Of a stretch of 64,000 bases of DNA, positions 48,763 through 59,373 are shown piece after piece. A model generated the notes under the pieces. That model did not search any database, had not been told where the DNA came from, and was given only the letters and a program-made list of their open reading frames with translations. Origin of the DNA: an uncultured Candidatus Rokubacteria bacterium (lineage in GTDB: Bacteria > Methylomirabilota > Methylomirabilia > Rokubacteriales > DASRDR01). The position numbers were made by a program, and so were the translations under genes. How positions within the stretch are numbered: position 1 is the stretch's first letter; every line of letters begins with the position of its first letter. Where the stretch lies: NCBI GenBank assembly GCA_963708025.1, contig CAVPSB010000014.1:224001-288000 (forward strand), written 5' to 3'.

Positions 48763-49845
48763 ATGCAGCCGGCCTCCGGGCGGGGAGGACGCGCGGCGCT
48801 GGCGGCGCTCGGCCTCCTGGCGATCCCCATGGCAGTGTCGGCCGGCGTCATCCTGCCGGCCGGCTTCGCCGAGCGGGTGTACGTCAGCGGCCAGGGGTTC
48901 GACCGGGGCTCGGAGCCGGGCTCGAGCGGCGTCCCCGTCGCGACGACGCTCGGCGTCGACGCCACCGGCCACCTCTACCTCGCCAAGAGCGGCAGCCGCT
49001 ACGGCGCCGGCCAGCCCGAGGAGTTCCTCTCGCGGGTCTACCGGATCCCGCCGGGCGGGGTCCGCCTGACGCCGGCGGCAGAGCTGCGCTACTTCCACGG
49101 CCCGCCGCTCCGGAACCCGGAGGTGGGGGCCGTGAGCGCCCGCGGGACACTCTTCCTCACCACCTACGACCCGGACCGCGAGATCGGCGTCGTCTATCGC
49201 GTGCGCGACGGTCAGCCGGCGCTCTTCGCCGGTGGCACCCCGCCGCCCGGGCAGCCCCCCCTCCTCAAGCAGCCGGAAGGGATCGCCGTCGATCCGGCCG
49301 GCCACGTCTACGTCGCCGACCGCGGGCGGGACCGCGTCGTGAAGCTGGACCCGTCGGGCAAGGTCCTGGACGGTCACTACCTGGGGCTCACGGTGCCGCG
49401 GGCCCGGATGCTGGCCCTGGACCCGGCGGGATCGCTGTGGATCGCCGGCGATGGCGCCGCCGCCGCGCCGTGGCAGGACGGCGTCGGCCACATCTGGCGC
49501 GTCGGTCCCGAGGGGGCGGCGCGGATGGTGCTGGAGGGGCCGCACGCGGCGGCGATCGCGGCCGGGCCCGGCGGCGCCCTCTTCGTCGCCGACCGCACCG
49601 CCGCCCGGCTCTACGCCGTCACCCCCGAGGGGCGGCGGATCGACTTCGCCGCCTTCACCGGGGGGGTCCAGCCACGGAGCCTGGCCTTCGCTCCGGTCAC
49701 CCCCGAGACGGTGCAGGCCGGCATCGCCGGCGACCTGTTCGTGGTGACCTTCGTCCTCCGGACGTGGTACCTCAACGAGGTGCTGCGCATCTCGGGCCCG
49801 TTCGCCGACTTCGTCCGCCGGGAGGACCGTCCCGCCTCCCCCTGA
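48763..49845 (+). CDS. secreted NHL/SMP-30-type beta-propeller protein
   Basis: Signal peptide, LKQPEGIAVDPAGHVYVAD NHL repeat. Confidence 0.72.
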   Translation: MQPASGRGGRAALAALGLLAIPMAVSAGVILPAGFAERVYVSGQGFDRGSEPGSSGVPVATTLGVDATGHLYLAKSGSRYGAGQPEEFLSRVYRIPPGGVRLTPAAELRYFHGPPLRNPEVGAVSARGTLFLTTYDPDREIGVVYRVRDGQPALFAGGTPPPGQPPLLKQPEGIAVDPAGHVYVADRGRDRVVKLDPSGKVLDGHYLGLTVPRARMLALDPAGSLWIAGDGAAAAPWQDGVGHIWRVGPEGAARMVLEGPHAAAIAAGPGGALFVADRTAARLYAVTPEGRRIDFAAFTGGVQPRSLAFAPVTPETVQAGIAGDLFVVTFVLRTWYLNEVLRISGPFADFVRREDRPASP

Positions 49846-49932
49846 GCCTCGGTTCCCCCCGGCGCGCCGGCGGCGCCGTGAGGCTTCCCTCTTTGGCGGT
49901 CCCCGAGGACCTGCGTGCTAAGATCGGCGCCT

Positions 49933-51290
49933 ATGTCAACGATGGACGACGCCGCCCGCGTCCCACGACGCATCAAGATCGAGTTCGTCAATCACGCCTG
50001 CGTCGTCTTCCAGTGCGGATCGTCGCGGATCCTGTGCGACCCGTGGCTGGAGGGCAGTGTCTTCAACGACGGCTGGGATCTGATGGTCGAAACCGGGCGG
50101 TCGCTCGCCGACATGGAGTTCGACTACGTCTGGCTCTCGCACGAGCATCCCGATCACTTCTCGCCGCAGGCGCTCGGCGCCATTCCCCGGGATAGACGAT
50201 CACGCGTGACCGTCCTGATCCAGCAGACGCTGGACCGGAAGGTCGCGAGCTTCTGCCAGCGCCTCGGGTTCCCGGTCGAGGAGCTGCGCGACCACGAAGC
50301 CTACCGGCTGAGCGAGGACGTGCGGGTCACCTGCGCCAGGGTCCGCGGCTTCGATTCGTGGCTTCTGGTCGAGGCGTTCGGCCAGCAGGTCCTGAACCTC
50401 AACGACGGCAAGCCGGATCACCGGGAGCTGGCGTCCATCCGGGCCGCCTGCGGCGACCTCGACGTCCTGATGACGCAGTTCGCCTATGCGAGCTGGGTGG
50501 GCAACGAGCCCGAGCTCCAGCGGGTGGCGGCCGAGCGGCATCTCGGATACGTCGACGAGCAGATGGAGGCCCTCGAGCCCGACTACGTCATCCCGTTCGC
50601 GAGCTTTGCCTGGTTCTCGCATCGGGAGAGCTACCATCTGAACGAGTGCAACAGCCGGGTGGACGAAGCCGCCCGGCGGGTCGCCGCCCGGGGGGCGCGA
50701 GCCGGTCGTGATGTTCGTCGGTGACGAGTGGTACGTCGGTGACCCCCGGGACAATCAGCCGGCGCTGGACCGGTGGGAGCAGGTCTACCGGTCCCTGCCC
50801 GAGCGACCCCGGCGAACGAGCCCGACGGCCAGCCTGGAGGAGATCCTGGACGAGTTCGAGAGCTACGTGGCGCGGATCAGAGCGAAGAACGACTGGGCGG
50901 AGATTCTCCGCATCAAGGAGCAGGGATATCTGCCGCCCGCACTCGATCTATCTCTGGGACCACGCCCGGTCCCTGGTGTTCGACCTCGTCGAAGGCCTCC
51001 ACGAGTCGGACGTGCCCGAGGAGACGTGCGACGTCGCGATGCATTCGCAGTCGCTGTTGTACCTGCTGAGATTCGAATGGGGTCGCGGCTCGCTCATGAT
51101 CGGTGGACGCGTCCGGGTCAACTACGAGTCCGCGTGGCGGTTTCTCCGACAGACGCAGATCGCCTACGCGAACAACATCGGTCAGCACGTCCCGGCGGAG
51201 CTGACGCTGCAGAGGTTGATCAAGCCACCGTCGGTGATGGGAGAGCTGATCGAGTACCGGAACCGGGTTCGGCGGGGGCCCGGCCGCTAG
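49933..51290 (+). CDS. MBL-fold metallo-hydrolase (UlaG/CMP-Neu5Ac hydroxylase-like domain); frameshifts ~50705 and ~50940
   Basis: FVNHAC, DPWLEGSVFNDGW, SHEHPDH, NLND, IPFASF. Confidence 0.75.
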
Positions 51291-51293
51291 GGG

Positions 51294-52406
51294 TCAGGGC
51301 AGGATCAGCTCGCCGGCCTCGATCACCGGACGGCCGTTGGCTCGCACGGTGGCGTCGGTCAGGAAGATCCAGTGGTGATAGCTCGAGCGGTTCCGCCCGC
51401 CGGACTCCGCGTTGTCCCCCAGGCTCAGCCGGATGATGCCGGCCCCGTAGCCGTAGTAGGGGATGTAGTTGACGCCGGGCAGCATCCGGAGCCTCGGGCT
51501 CACCCCCACGTTGAACTCGCCGATCCGGTCCTTGTCGCCGGTCTCGGCGCCCCATACCGCCCGCACCCACGCCGCGTGGTGCTCGCTCTCGATCCCCACG
51601 ATCCGGTCGCCGCGGAACTCGATGCGCAGGCGCCCGACCCGGCGGCCGGCGAACGTCTCGGGCGGCGTGACCAGGACGCCCTCGGCCACCGCGATGTCCA
51701 CGGTGCGGATGGCCCCACAGGGCAGCTCCACCTCGCGGTCGCGGGCGCTGCCGGGTCGCGCGTAGCCGTCGATGAAGGCCTTGGAGGCGTCGCCGTTGCC
51801 CACGTGGAAATGCGCCCGGGGGAGCTGGAAGGAGAGGCGGGTGCCGCGCGGGTCGGTGATCTCGACCGTGCTGTCCCGGAGCGCCGCGATGAGGCGCCGC
51901 TGGTGCGCGGTCAGCGCCACGGTGTCCACGTAGAGGGCCTCGTCGTAGTACTGCGAGAGCGTGCGGAACAGGCCGGCCTCCATGCCGGTCTCCATGATCC
52001 AGTGGAAGTGGATCGCCCGCCCCCGCCAGGTCTCCAGGATCTTCTCGGTCTGACCCAGGTTGTAGGCCCAGCTCGTCGGGAGCCAGACGTAGATGTCGGC
52101 CAGGTCGAAGACGGCCGCCATCGCCCGGTCCTCCAGCGCCCGGGTCTCCGGCTCCTCGCGCCGGCGCAGCTCCCGCCGGACGCGCTCGAGCCCCGGGGGG
52201 TGGAGCGCGTGGGTGGCCAGCTCGACGGCCCCCGCCCGGTTGACCTCGATCCGCACGGCCTCGGTCAGCGCCGGGAAGTAGGTCGGGTCGGCGTGGAGCA
52301 GGACCCGCTCGCCCGGCTGCGTCTGCAGCGCCTCGCGGACGATGAGCCGCGCCATCCGCGTCCAGTCGGTCTGCCAAACGGTCTGGAGATCATAGGGCCC
52401 GGGCAT
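51294..52406 (-). CDS. M29/leucyl aminopeptidase T-like metalloenzyme
   Basis: QPGERVL, GTRLSF, ELPCG, IGEFNVG, SLGDNAESGGRNRS..H. Confidence 0.7.
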   Translation of the reverse strand: MPGPYDLQTVWQTDWTRMARLIVREALQTQPGERVLLHADPTYFPALTEAVRIEVNRAGAVELATHALHPPGLERVRRELRRREEPETRALEDRAMAAVFDLADIYVWLPTSWAYNLGQTEKILETWRGRAIHFHWIMETGMEAGLFRTLSQYYDEALYVDTVALTAHQRRLIAALRDSTVEITDPRGTRLSFQLPRAHFHVGNGDASKAFIDGYARPGSARDREVELPCGAIRTVDIAVAEGVLVTPPETFAGRRVGRLRIEFRGDRIVGIESEHHAAWVRAVWGAETGDKDRIGEFNVGVSPRLRMLPGVNYIPYYGYGAGIIRLSLGDNAESGGRNRSSYHHWIFLTDATVRANGRPVIEAGELILP

Positions 52407-52409
52407 GCG

Positions 52410-53087
52410 TCAGCCTCCTGCCAGGAGCGCCGGCAGATCCGCCATGTCGGAGAAGATGCCGCCGGTGGCGTGGCCGAGCGCGGCGGCCGGGGCGAGGCGG
52501 GCGAACGCGAAGCTGGTCATGCCGGCCGCGTTCGCCGCGGTGACGCCGGCCGGGCTGTCCTCGACGACGGCGCACCGGCCGGGCTCGACGCCGAGGGTCG
52601 CGGCGGCGTGGAGGAAGAGGTCGGGGGCCGGCTTGCCGCGCGCCACGTCCTGGGCGCTGAAGACGCGGCCGCCGAAGCGATCCCAGAGGCCCGTGCAGCC
52701 GAGCGTCAGGCGGATGCGCTCGTGGGTGCCGCTGGAGGCGACGCAGACGGGCAGCGCGATCGCCCGGAGCGCGTCTACGACGCCGGGGATGGGCTGGAGC
52801 CAGTCCTGAAACGTCGGGTAGAGGTCGGCCCGGTAGCGGCTCTCCAGGTCGGCGGGCAGCGGCCGGCCCAGGCGTGCCTCCACGATCGCCCGCACCTGGG
52901 GGACCGAGCGGCCCATGAACGCGGCGATGGACTCCTCGGTGGTGCACGGGAAGCCGTACTCGGTCAGGAGGCGGGCCAGCACCGCGTTGGCCACCGGCTC
53001 GCTGTTGACGAGGACGCCGTCGTTGTCGAAGATCACCAGGTCGAACGACGGCCCGGAGGGAAACGGGTCGGAGGGGCTGGGCGTCAC
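52410..53087 (-). CDS. HAD-family phosphatase (YieH/CbbY-like)
   Basis: IFDNDGVLVNSE, VASS, GKPAPDLF, VEDS. Confidence 0.9.
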   Translation of the reverse strand: MTPSPSDPFPSGPSFDLVIFDNDGVLVNSEPVANAVLARLLTEYGFPCTTEESIAAFMGRSVPQVRAIVEARLGRPLPADLESRYRADLYPTFQDWLQPIPGVVDALRAIALPVCVASSGTHERIRLTLGCTGLWDRFGGRVFSAQDVARGKPAPDLFLHAAATLGVEPGRCAVVEDSPAGVTAANAAGMTSFAFARLAPAAALGHATGGIFSDMADLPALLAGG

Positions 53088-54311
53088 TCCCACCACTTCT
53101 CGGGCGCCTCGGAAAGCCGCTCGCACCCGGTGGCGGTCACCACGTAGAGGTCCTCCACGCACGCCGTCCCGAAGCCCTTCCGGACGAGCATCGGCTCGTA
53201 GGCGAAGGTCATGTTCTGCTCGAGGACCGCGTTGCTGCCCGGCACGAAGCTCGGCGGGATGTGCGTGGTGGCGCCGATCCCGTGGCCACGGAAGTAGAAC
53301 CACTCCTCGTAACCGAACTCCTTGGCCATCTCGGCGGCCCGGGCCGCCAGGTCGCCGATCCGCACCCCCGGCTTCACCATGGCGATCGTCTCGTGGACGA
53401 TCGTCGATCTGGGCGTTGAGGAACCGGCGCTGCTCGGGGGTGGGGGCGTCGCCGACGACCCGGCCGCGGGCGGTGTCGCTGCAGTAGCCCTTGAAGCGGG
53501 CACCCATGTCGGTGAAGGCGATCTCCCCGGCCTGGAGCCGGCGGTCGGAGGGCGCCACGTGCTTGAAGCCGCTCCGGGGCCCGCCGCAGGACGCGATGGG
53601 GAACGCGGTGTCCTCGGCGCCGGCCTTGAAGAAGGCGTAGTTGGCCTCGGCGGCCAGATCGTGCTCGCTGACCCCGGGCCTCGCGGCCTTCATCAGCGCG
53701 ATCATCCCGGCGTCGCTCACCAGCGCCACCTGCTTCATGAGCGCCACCTCGGCGTCGCTCTTCCGCATCATGGTCTCGCCGACGAGGCCGGCCGCTTCCA
53801 CCTGGCGGAGCCCGGGGAACCGCCGCTTCAGGAACTCGCGGGCGTGGTAGGCGTACTCGCCCGAGACGCCGAGCGTTCCCTCGGTCAGGCCGCGCTCGGT
53901 CAGGAAGTCCTCCAGGTGGTCGTAGATCGTCGTGGTCTGGTAGTCCACCGTCCGGGGGTGGGGGGCGCAGCGGACGTCGCGGACCCAGGTGTCCTGGATC
54001 CCCGAGTGCATCGGCTCGCCGTGCATGACCGCGTTGGTCGTGAGCCCCAACGGGCCGGCCAGCGGGATCACCATCAGGGTGTCGCCGCCGTAGTAGTCCT
54101 CGAAGTTCGACAGGTAGCGGATCGGCGCCCGCTCGGCGCGATTGCCGTGGACGAGCAGGCCGTCGAGCCCGCGCTCGCGGATCCCCCGGCGGAGCCGCTC
54201 GACCCGCGACTCGTACTCCGCGATCGGGAAGGGGAGGTGGAGCCACGGCTCCCGGTCCTCCCACGCGTAGCCGACCCGACCCCAGCCGTAGGGCCACTTC
54301 ACCTCGCGCAT
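53084..54311 (-). CDS. M24 family Xaa-Pro peptidase/creatinase-fold enzyme (frameshift ~53405)
   Basis: EYESRVERL, KSDAEV, TDMG, CSD, GHGIG, YEP, VED. Confidence 0.85.
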
Positions 54312-54339
54312 CACGTATCGTCCTCCTGTGCCCTCCGCT

Positions 54340-54384
54340 CCCTCTCCCTCCCTCGGGAGGGAGAGGGTCGGGGTGAGGGTGGGG
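54340..54384. repeat. REP-like palindrome, family A
   Basis: CCCTCTCCCTCCC-TC-GGGAGGGAGAGGG-TCGGGGTGAGGG. Confidence 0.8.
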
Positions 54385-54391
54385 CCCGAGG

Positions 54392-55081
54392 CTACCGCGC
54401 GGCCAGCTCGGCGGGCGTCTTGACCTCGCCCTGCTCGACCCGGCTCAGGTACTCCAGCACCTCGGCCAGCGGGATCACGTCGCCGTACTTCATGTGGATG
54501 TCGAAGAGCGTCACCTTGTGGGAGGTCGCCCCGCGGTCGCACACCGCCTCCTGGGGCACGATGATCCGGTAGTTGTGGTTGAAGGCGTCGAGCACGGTGT
54601 CCCGCACGCAGCCGCTGGTCACGGTCCCGGTGACGATCACCGTGTCCACGCCGTGCCAGATGAGGTAGCTGAGCAGGTTGGTTCCGGCGAAGCCGCTCGG
54701 GAAGGCCTTGACGATGACCGGCTCCTCGGGCAATGGCGCCAGCTCGGGCACGATCTGGTACGCCTCCGGCCGCTCCATGATCGGCGTGTAGACGGCCGCC
54801 GTCTTCCAGCGGCCTCGCTCGACCGCGCGGGTCGTCCGCTCGCCGCGCGTGTGGAAGACCGGGACGCCCCGGGCCCGGGCGGCGCCCAGGAGGGTGCGGA
54901 TCTGGCTCGCGCACTCGCGCGCCCCCGGGCTGGCGAACGGGTACGCCGGGTCCACGAAGGCCGTGTACATGTCGATGACGAGGAGCGCCGGCCGGCGCCC
55001 GAACCCGCCGCGGCCGCCCCAGCCGCCGCGCTCGTAGAGCTCGCGCTCCTCGCGCGGGATGACGTCGTCCCAGATGGCCAT
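54392..55081 (-). CDS. isochorismatase-family cysteine hydrolase (NicF/N-carbamoylsarcosine amidase-like)
   Basis: GFGRRPALLVID, K..PSGF, TSGCVR, FDIHMKYGDV. Confidence 0.88.
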   Translation of the reverse strand: MAIWDDVIPREERELYERGGWGGRGGFGRRPALLVIDMYTAFVDPAYPFASPGARECASQIRTLLGAARARGVPVFHTRGERTTRAVERGRWKTAAVYTPIMERPEAYQIVPELAPLPEEPVIVKAFPSGFAGTNLLSYLIWHGVDTVIVTGTVTSGCVRDTVLDAFNHNYRIIVPQEAVCDRGATSHKVTLFDIHMKYGDVIPLAEVLEYLSRVEQGEVKTPAELAAR

Positions 55082-55090
55082 GGTCTCCTC

Positions 55091-56692
55091 CTACCGGGTC
55101 AGCTCGACGGTGCGGAACGAGCCGAACCCCAGATTGAGCGGCATCACGTCCAGGCCCTTCACCTTGGGACTCAGCAGGTAGACGAAGCGGGTGTACATGA
55201 TCGGGATCAGCGGGACGTCCTTCACCACGAGCTGGTCGGCCTGCGCGAACAGCGCGGCCCGGCGCGCACGGTCGGGGCTCGCGTTGGCCTGCTCCAGGAG
55301 CGCGTCGAACGCCGGGTTCGCGTAGTTGACCCGGTTGAGCGCCGACTTGCTGTGGAGCCACAGCTCCAGGAAGTAGTTCGGGTCCAGCATGGCCCCGCTC
55401 CAGCCGGTCATGAAGGCCGGGAGCACGTCGCGCTTGTTCATCGCGGCGGTGAAGCTCGCGAACTCCTGGATCTGCACCTCGACGGGCACGCCCAGCGTGT
55501 CCTTCAGCATCGCCGCGATCGGCTCGGCCATCATCCGGTAGTCGGTGGTCACCGGGTTCACGGTGATCGTCAGCGGCGGCAGGCCTCGGCCGCCGGGGAA
55601 GCCGGCCTCGGCGATGAGGTCCCGGGCCCGTGCCGGGTTGTAGTCGAGCCCCTTCAGGTCCTTGTCGTACCCCGGGAACCCCGGCGGCAGCATCCCGCCG
55701 GCCGGGATGTAGAGCCCGTGGAAGACCTGGTTGATCACCTTGGTCCGGTCGATCGCGTGGGCGAAGGCCTGGCGGACCTTGACCTCCTTGAACGGGGCGT
55801 AGACCCGCGGGTTGAGCGCCAGGACCTGGGTCTGGGCTCGGTCCCACTCCCGCATCTCCTTGCTCCAGCGCGGGTCCTTCTTGAGCCGCGGGTAGTCGCC
55901 GAGCGGGACCAGGACGACGTCCAGCTCGCCGTTCTGGTACATGGCCAGCTGGGTGGCGGCCTCCGGCACGATCGGCATCTCGAGCCGGTCCGGCTTCGGC
56001 TTCCCCTCGAAGTACTGGGGGAACGCGTCGTAGACGACCTTCGAGCGGTGCACCCACTCCTTGAGCTTCCAGGGCCCGGTGCCGATCGGATTCGTCTCCG
56101 GCCAGTTCGCCCCGCCCTTCTCGACGGCCTCGCGGGCGATGATCGCCGTCGAGACGTGGGTGAGCCGGGGCAGGAGGTCGCCCTTGGGCGGCGACTGGAG
56201 CCGGATCTCGACCGTCAGCGGGTCCACGACCCGGACGCCGGTCAGCTCCGTCGCCTGGCCCTTGTTCACCTCCTCGAAGCCGGCCACGTCGGCCAGGAGG
56301 AGCCGGGAGCTGGGCGAGCGCGAGTCCGGCGACGCCAGGCGCGTCAACGAGTACTTCACGTCGCTGGCGTCGGCCTTGCGCCCGTTGTGGAAGACCAGGT
56401 TGTCGCGCAGCTTGAAGGTCCAGGTCAGGCCGTCCCGGGAGACCGACCAGCTCTGCGCCGCCAGCGGGACGATCTGGAGCTTGTCGTCGACGCGCACCAG
56501 GGTGGAGTAGACCTGGGCGGTGACGGTGGCCGAGCCGAAGTCGGCCATGCGCTGGGGGTCGATGTGCGGCGGCTCGCCGACGAGCGCCGACCGGAAGACG
56601 ACCGGCGACTGGGCGCCGGGCGGCGGAGCGGCGAGCGCGAGCACGATCGCGGCGGTGAGCGCGGACAGCCCGAGGGCGGTGCCTCGTCGCAT
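55091..56692 (-). CDS. ABC substrate-binding protein family 5
   Basis: Signal peptide, IDP, FKLRDNLVFHNG, PIGTGPW, VRQAF. Confidence 0.92.
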   Translation of the reverse strand: MRRGTALGLSALTAAIVLALAAPPPGAQSPVVFRSALVGEPPHIDPQRMADFGSATVTAQVYSTLVRVDDKLQIVPLAAQSWSVSRDGLTWTFKLRDNLVFHNGRKADASDVKYSLTRLASPDSRSPSSRLLLADVAGFEEVNKGQATELTGVRVVDPLTVEIRLQSPPKGDLLPRLTHVSTAIIAREAVEKGGANWPETNPIGTGPWKLKEWVHRSKVVYDAFPQYFEGKPKPDRLEMPIVPEAATQLAMYQNGELDVVLVPLGDYPRLKKDPRWSKEMREWDRAQTQVLALNPRVYAPFKEVKVRQAFAHAIDRTKVINQVFHGLYIPAGGMLPPGFPGYDKDLKGLDYNPARARDLIAEAGFPGGRGLPPLTITVNPVTTDYRMMAEPIAAMLKDTLGVPVEVQIQEFASFTAAMNKRDVLPAFMTGWSGAMLDPNYFLELWLHSKSALNRVNYANPAFDALLEQANASPDRARRAALFAQADQLVVKDVPLIPIMYTRFVYLLSPKVKGLDVMPLNLGFGSFRTVELTR

Positions 56693-56768
56693 GCTGAGCC
56701 TCCGATCGGACGTGAGAGATCGGCGAGACCGGTGTCGGGCCGACGATAGCGTTCCGCCGTGGGGGGTG

Positions 56769-57611
56769 TCAATGGGCGCGGCGGAGGCCGGGGTCCACCG
56801 CCTCGGCCAGCCCCTCGCCGAAGAAGTTGAGGGCGAGGATGGTGACCGAGAGGACGGCGCACGGGATCACCGCCAGGGCCGGGAAGCTCTGGAGGTACTG
56901 GAACGAGTCGGCGATCAGCACGCCCCAGGACGGGATCGGCCGCTGGACCCCGATGCCGAGGAAGGAGAGCGTGGCCTCGGTCAGGATGATCGGGCCGATG
57001 TCGAGCGTCGCGCGGACGACCACCAGGTGCACGGTGTTGCGGAGGAGATGGCGCACCAGGATGCGGCCGGGGCCGGCGCCCTGGGCGACCGCCGCGCTGA
57101 CGAAGTCGCGCGCCTTGAGGCTCAGGACCTCGGCGCGCACCGTCCGCGCCATCGGCGGCCACGTCGCGAGCGTGAGCGCGATCACCACGTTGGCGATGCC
57201 GGGCCCGAGGATGGCCGCCAGCAGGATCGCCAGCAGCAGGGCCGGGAAGGCGAACAGGACGTCGGTCACGCGCATCACCAGCTCGTCCAGCGCGCCGCCC
57301 ACGTAGCCGGCCAGCCCGCCGAGGAGGCCGCCGACGAGCACGGCCGCCAGGACGGTGACCCCGCCCACCAGGAGCGAGAGGCGGCCGCCGTAGGCGAGGC
57401 GGGCCAGGAGGTCCCGGCCGTACTGGTCGGTGCCCAGGGGATGCCGGGGCGACGGGCCCTGGAACGTGCGGTCGAGATCCTGCTGGTCGTAGCGGTAGGG
57501 CAGCAGCCCGGGCAGCGCGACCGCCCCCGCCACCACCCCCACCAGCAGGACGGCGGCGACGACCGCCACCCGATCCCGCCCGAACGCCCGCAGCCCCCGA
57601 CTGCCCGCCAT
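56769..57611 (-). CDS. DppC-like permease
   Basis: GTDQYGRDLLARL, LSFLGIG...PSWG. Confidence 0.9.
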   Translation of the reverse strand: MAGSRGLRAFGRDRVAVVAAVLLVGVVAGAVALPGLLPYRYDQQDLDRTFQGPSPRHPLGTDQYGRDLLARLAYGGRLSLLVGGVTVLAAVLVGGLLGGLAGYVGGALDELVMRVTDVLFAFPALLLAILLAAILGPGIANVVIALTLATWPPMARTVRAEVLSLKARDFVSAAVAQGAGPGRILVRHLLRNTVHLVVVRATLDIGPIILTEATLSFLGIGVQRPIPSWGVLIADSFQYLQSFPALAVIPCAVLSVTILALNFFGEGLAEAVDPGLRRAH

Positions 57612-57614
57612 TGG

Positions 57615-57713
57615 CCCCACCCTCACCCTGACCCTCTCCCTCCCTCGGGAGGGAGAGGGAGCAGACAGAGATACCCTCTCCCCCGCCTCGGGGGAGAGGG
57701 AAGGGTGAGGGGG
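57615..57713. repeat. two inverted family A REP-like units (BIME-like)
   Basis: CCCTCACCCTGACCCTCTCCCTCCCTCGGGAGGGAGAGGG, then CCCTCTCCCC..GGGGAGAGGGAAGGGTGAGGGG. The first unit is close to the reverse complement of 54340-54384. Confidence 0.82.
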
Positions 57714-57730
57714 TTCGGGGCCCGCATCCC

Positions 57731-58651
57731 TCAGTACCGGATCCTGGGGTCCATCAGCGCGTAGCCCACGTCGGCTAACAGGTTGGTCGTGACGAAGATG
57801 GTCGTGTAGAGAAGCCCGACCGCCTGCACCATCGGGTAGTCCCGCGCGAAGAGGGCGCCGATCGCCGCCTGCCCCATCCCGGGGATCCGGAAGATCGTCT
57901 CGACCACGAGCGCCCCGGTCAGGGCGTAGCTCAGCGCCAGGGCCACGACGGTGATGACGGAGAGCGCGGCGTTGGGCAGGACGTGGCGCGCCAGGACCGC
58001 CCAGCCGGGGAGGCCCTTGCCGTGGGCGGTGCGGACGTAGTCCTGGGTGAGGACCTGGAGGACGCCGGCCCGGGTGACCCGCGTGATGTAGGCGAGCGGC
58101 TGGATCAGGAGGGCCAGGACGGGCAGCACGTAGTGGCGCGGCTCGCCCCAGCCCGAGACGGGAACGGCGTGGAGCCCGAGCGCGAGCGTGAGGATCAGGC
58201 CGATCGCGACGACGAAGCTCGGGACCGACATGCCCACCAGCGCCACCAGGCGCGCCAGGACGTCGGTCGCCGAGCCCCGACCGACGGCCGAGACGATGCC
58301 GAGCGGGACCCCCAGCAGCACGGCCAGGGCGATCGTCACGCCGGCCAGCCGCAGGGTGACCGGGAAGGCGTCGGCCAGCATCCGGGCGATCGACCGGCCC
58401 GGGTTGGCATAGGACTGGCCCAGGTCGCCCCGCACCGCCCGGCCGGCGAAGCGCAGGTACTGCTCCCACAGCGGCCGGTCGAGGGCCAGCTCCCGGCGGA
58501 TCCGCGCCTCGAGGGCCGGGTCGTGGAGGTCGCCCATCAGGAGCTGGACCGGATCGCCGGGGGCCAGCCGCCCGACCGCGAAGACGATGACGGAGCTGGC
58601 GGCCAGCAGCACGACCATCAGCGCGAGCCGGCGCGCGACGAAGGGGATCAC
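57731..58651 (-). CDS. DppB-like permease
   Basis: PGDP, DYVRTAHGKGL, ETIFRIPGMG, DPRIRY. Confidence 0.92.
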   Translation of the reverse strand: MIPFVARRLALMVVLLAASSVIVFAVGRLAPGDPVQLLMGDLHDPALEARIRRELALDRPLWEQYLRFAGRAVRGDLGQSYANPGRSIARMLADAFPVTLRLAGVTIALAVLLGVPLGIVSAVGRGSATDVLARLVALVGMSVPSFVVAIGLILTLALGLHAVPVSGWGEPRHYVLPVLALLIQPLAYITRVTRAGVLQVLTQDYVRTAHGKGLPGWAVLARHVLPNAALSVITVVALALSYALTGALVVETIFRIPGMGQAAIGALFARDYPMVQAVGLLYTTIFVTTNLLADVGYALMDPRIRY

Positions 58652-58735
58652 TGGCGCCGCTGGCCGAATACTATGGGAGACCCGAGGCGCTTTGTCGGCA
58701 CACGAACATCGAGTTGCCGGACGACAGCCCCTGGA

Positions 58736-59134
58736 TCAGATCTGGACGTCCTTCCAGCCTTCAGCGTCCAGTTCGAGTGGCGGCCGCCTGACGCGAACCC
58801 GGGAGGGCTCGACGATCACGACACATCCCGCGAGATGTTGCAGGTCGGTGTCGCGCAAGAAGGTCGCCACCAGGCGGTTGACCGCGAGCGGACCGAACGT
58901 CTGAGGCCGGAAGAGGATGATGCCCGGGTGAGTTCCAGGAGGGTATTTCCTCAGATCGGCGAATTCCAGGTCGAGCGTGATGAGGATCCGGCGCTCAGCC
59001 CTGGCCGCCTCGGCGACGATCGGGTCAGGCTGTGAGAGAAGTCCCTCTTCCGCCGCGGTCGTCACATCCTTGCTGAATGCTCTGAGGCTCTCCTTCAGGT
59101 GGCGCGACAGGTTCTCATCGAGCTTGAGCCTCAC
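58736..59134 (-). CDS. DUF5615/VapC45-like PIN-domain toxin
   Basis: LKLDENL, D..I...A....RILITLDLEF, HPGII. Confidence 0.85.
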   Translation of the reverse strand: MRLKLDENLSRHLKESLRAFSKDVTTAAEEGLLSQPDPIVAEAARAERRILITLDLEFADLRKYPPGTHPGIILFRPQTFGPLAVNRLVATFLRDTDLQHLAGCVVIVEPSRVRVRRPPLELDAEGWKDVQI

Positions 59135-59373
59135 GGCCCTGCGGTGACCTTCCAGACGTTCTCTCGAGCCAGCTCCGCCGCGTAGGCCAATGCTGCGTGG
59201 ATGTCGTCCAGCGTCAGCTGCGGATAGTGATCGATGATCTGCTCGGGAGTCAGGCCTTCCGCGAGCGCATCGAGGATGATCGCGATGTAGATGCGGGTAC
59301 CGCGGATGCAGGGTTTTCCTGCGCAGACCCTCGGATCTACACTGATGCGGCTCAGCAACTCCTCGCTGGTCAC
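59131..59373 (-). CDS. DUF433 antitoxin (VapB45-like)
   Basis: RISVDPRVCAGKPCIRGTRI...LAEG.T.EQI..HYPQL...DI.AAL.YA. Confidence 0.9.
   Translation of the reverse strand: MTSEELLSRISVDPRVCAGKPCIRGTRIYIAIILDALAEGLTPEQIIDHYPQLTLDDIHAALAYAAELARENVWKVTAGP

Noticed and set aside
52410-56057. 1215-aa ORF appearing to fuse an M24 peptidase with a HAD phosphatase
   Set aside because: Artefact of the frameshift at ~53405 plus GC-rich stop-poor frames. The true M24 C-terminus is in the 53084-53503 frame.
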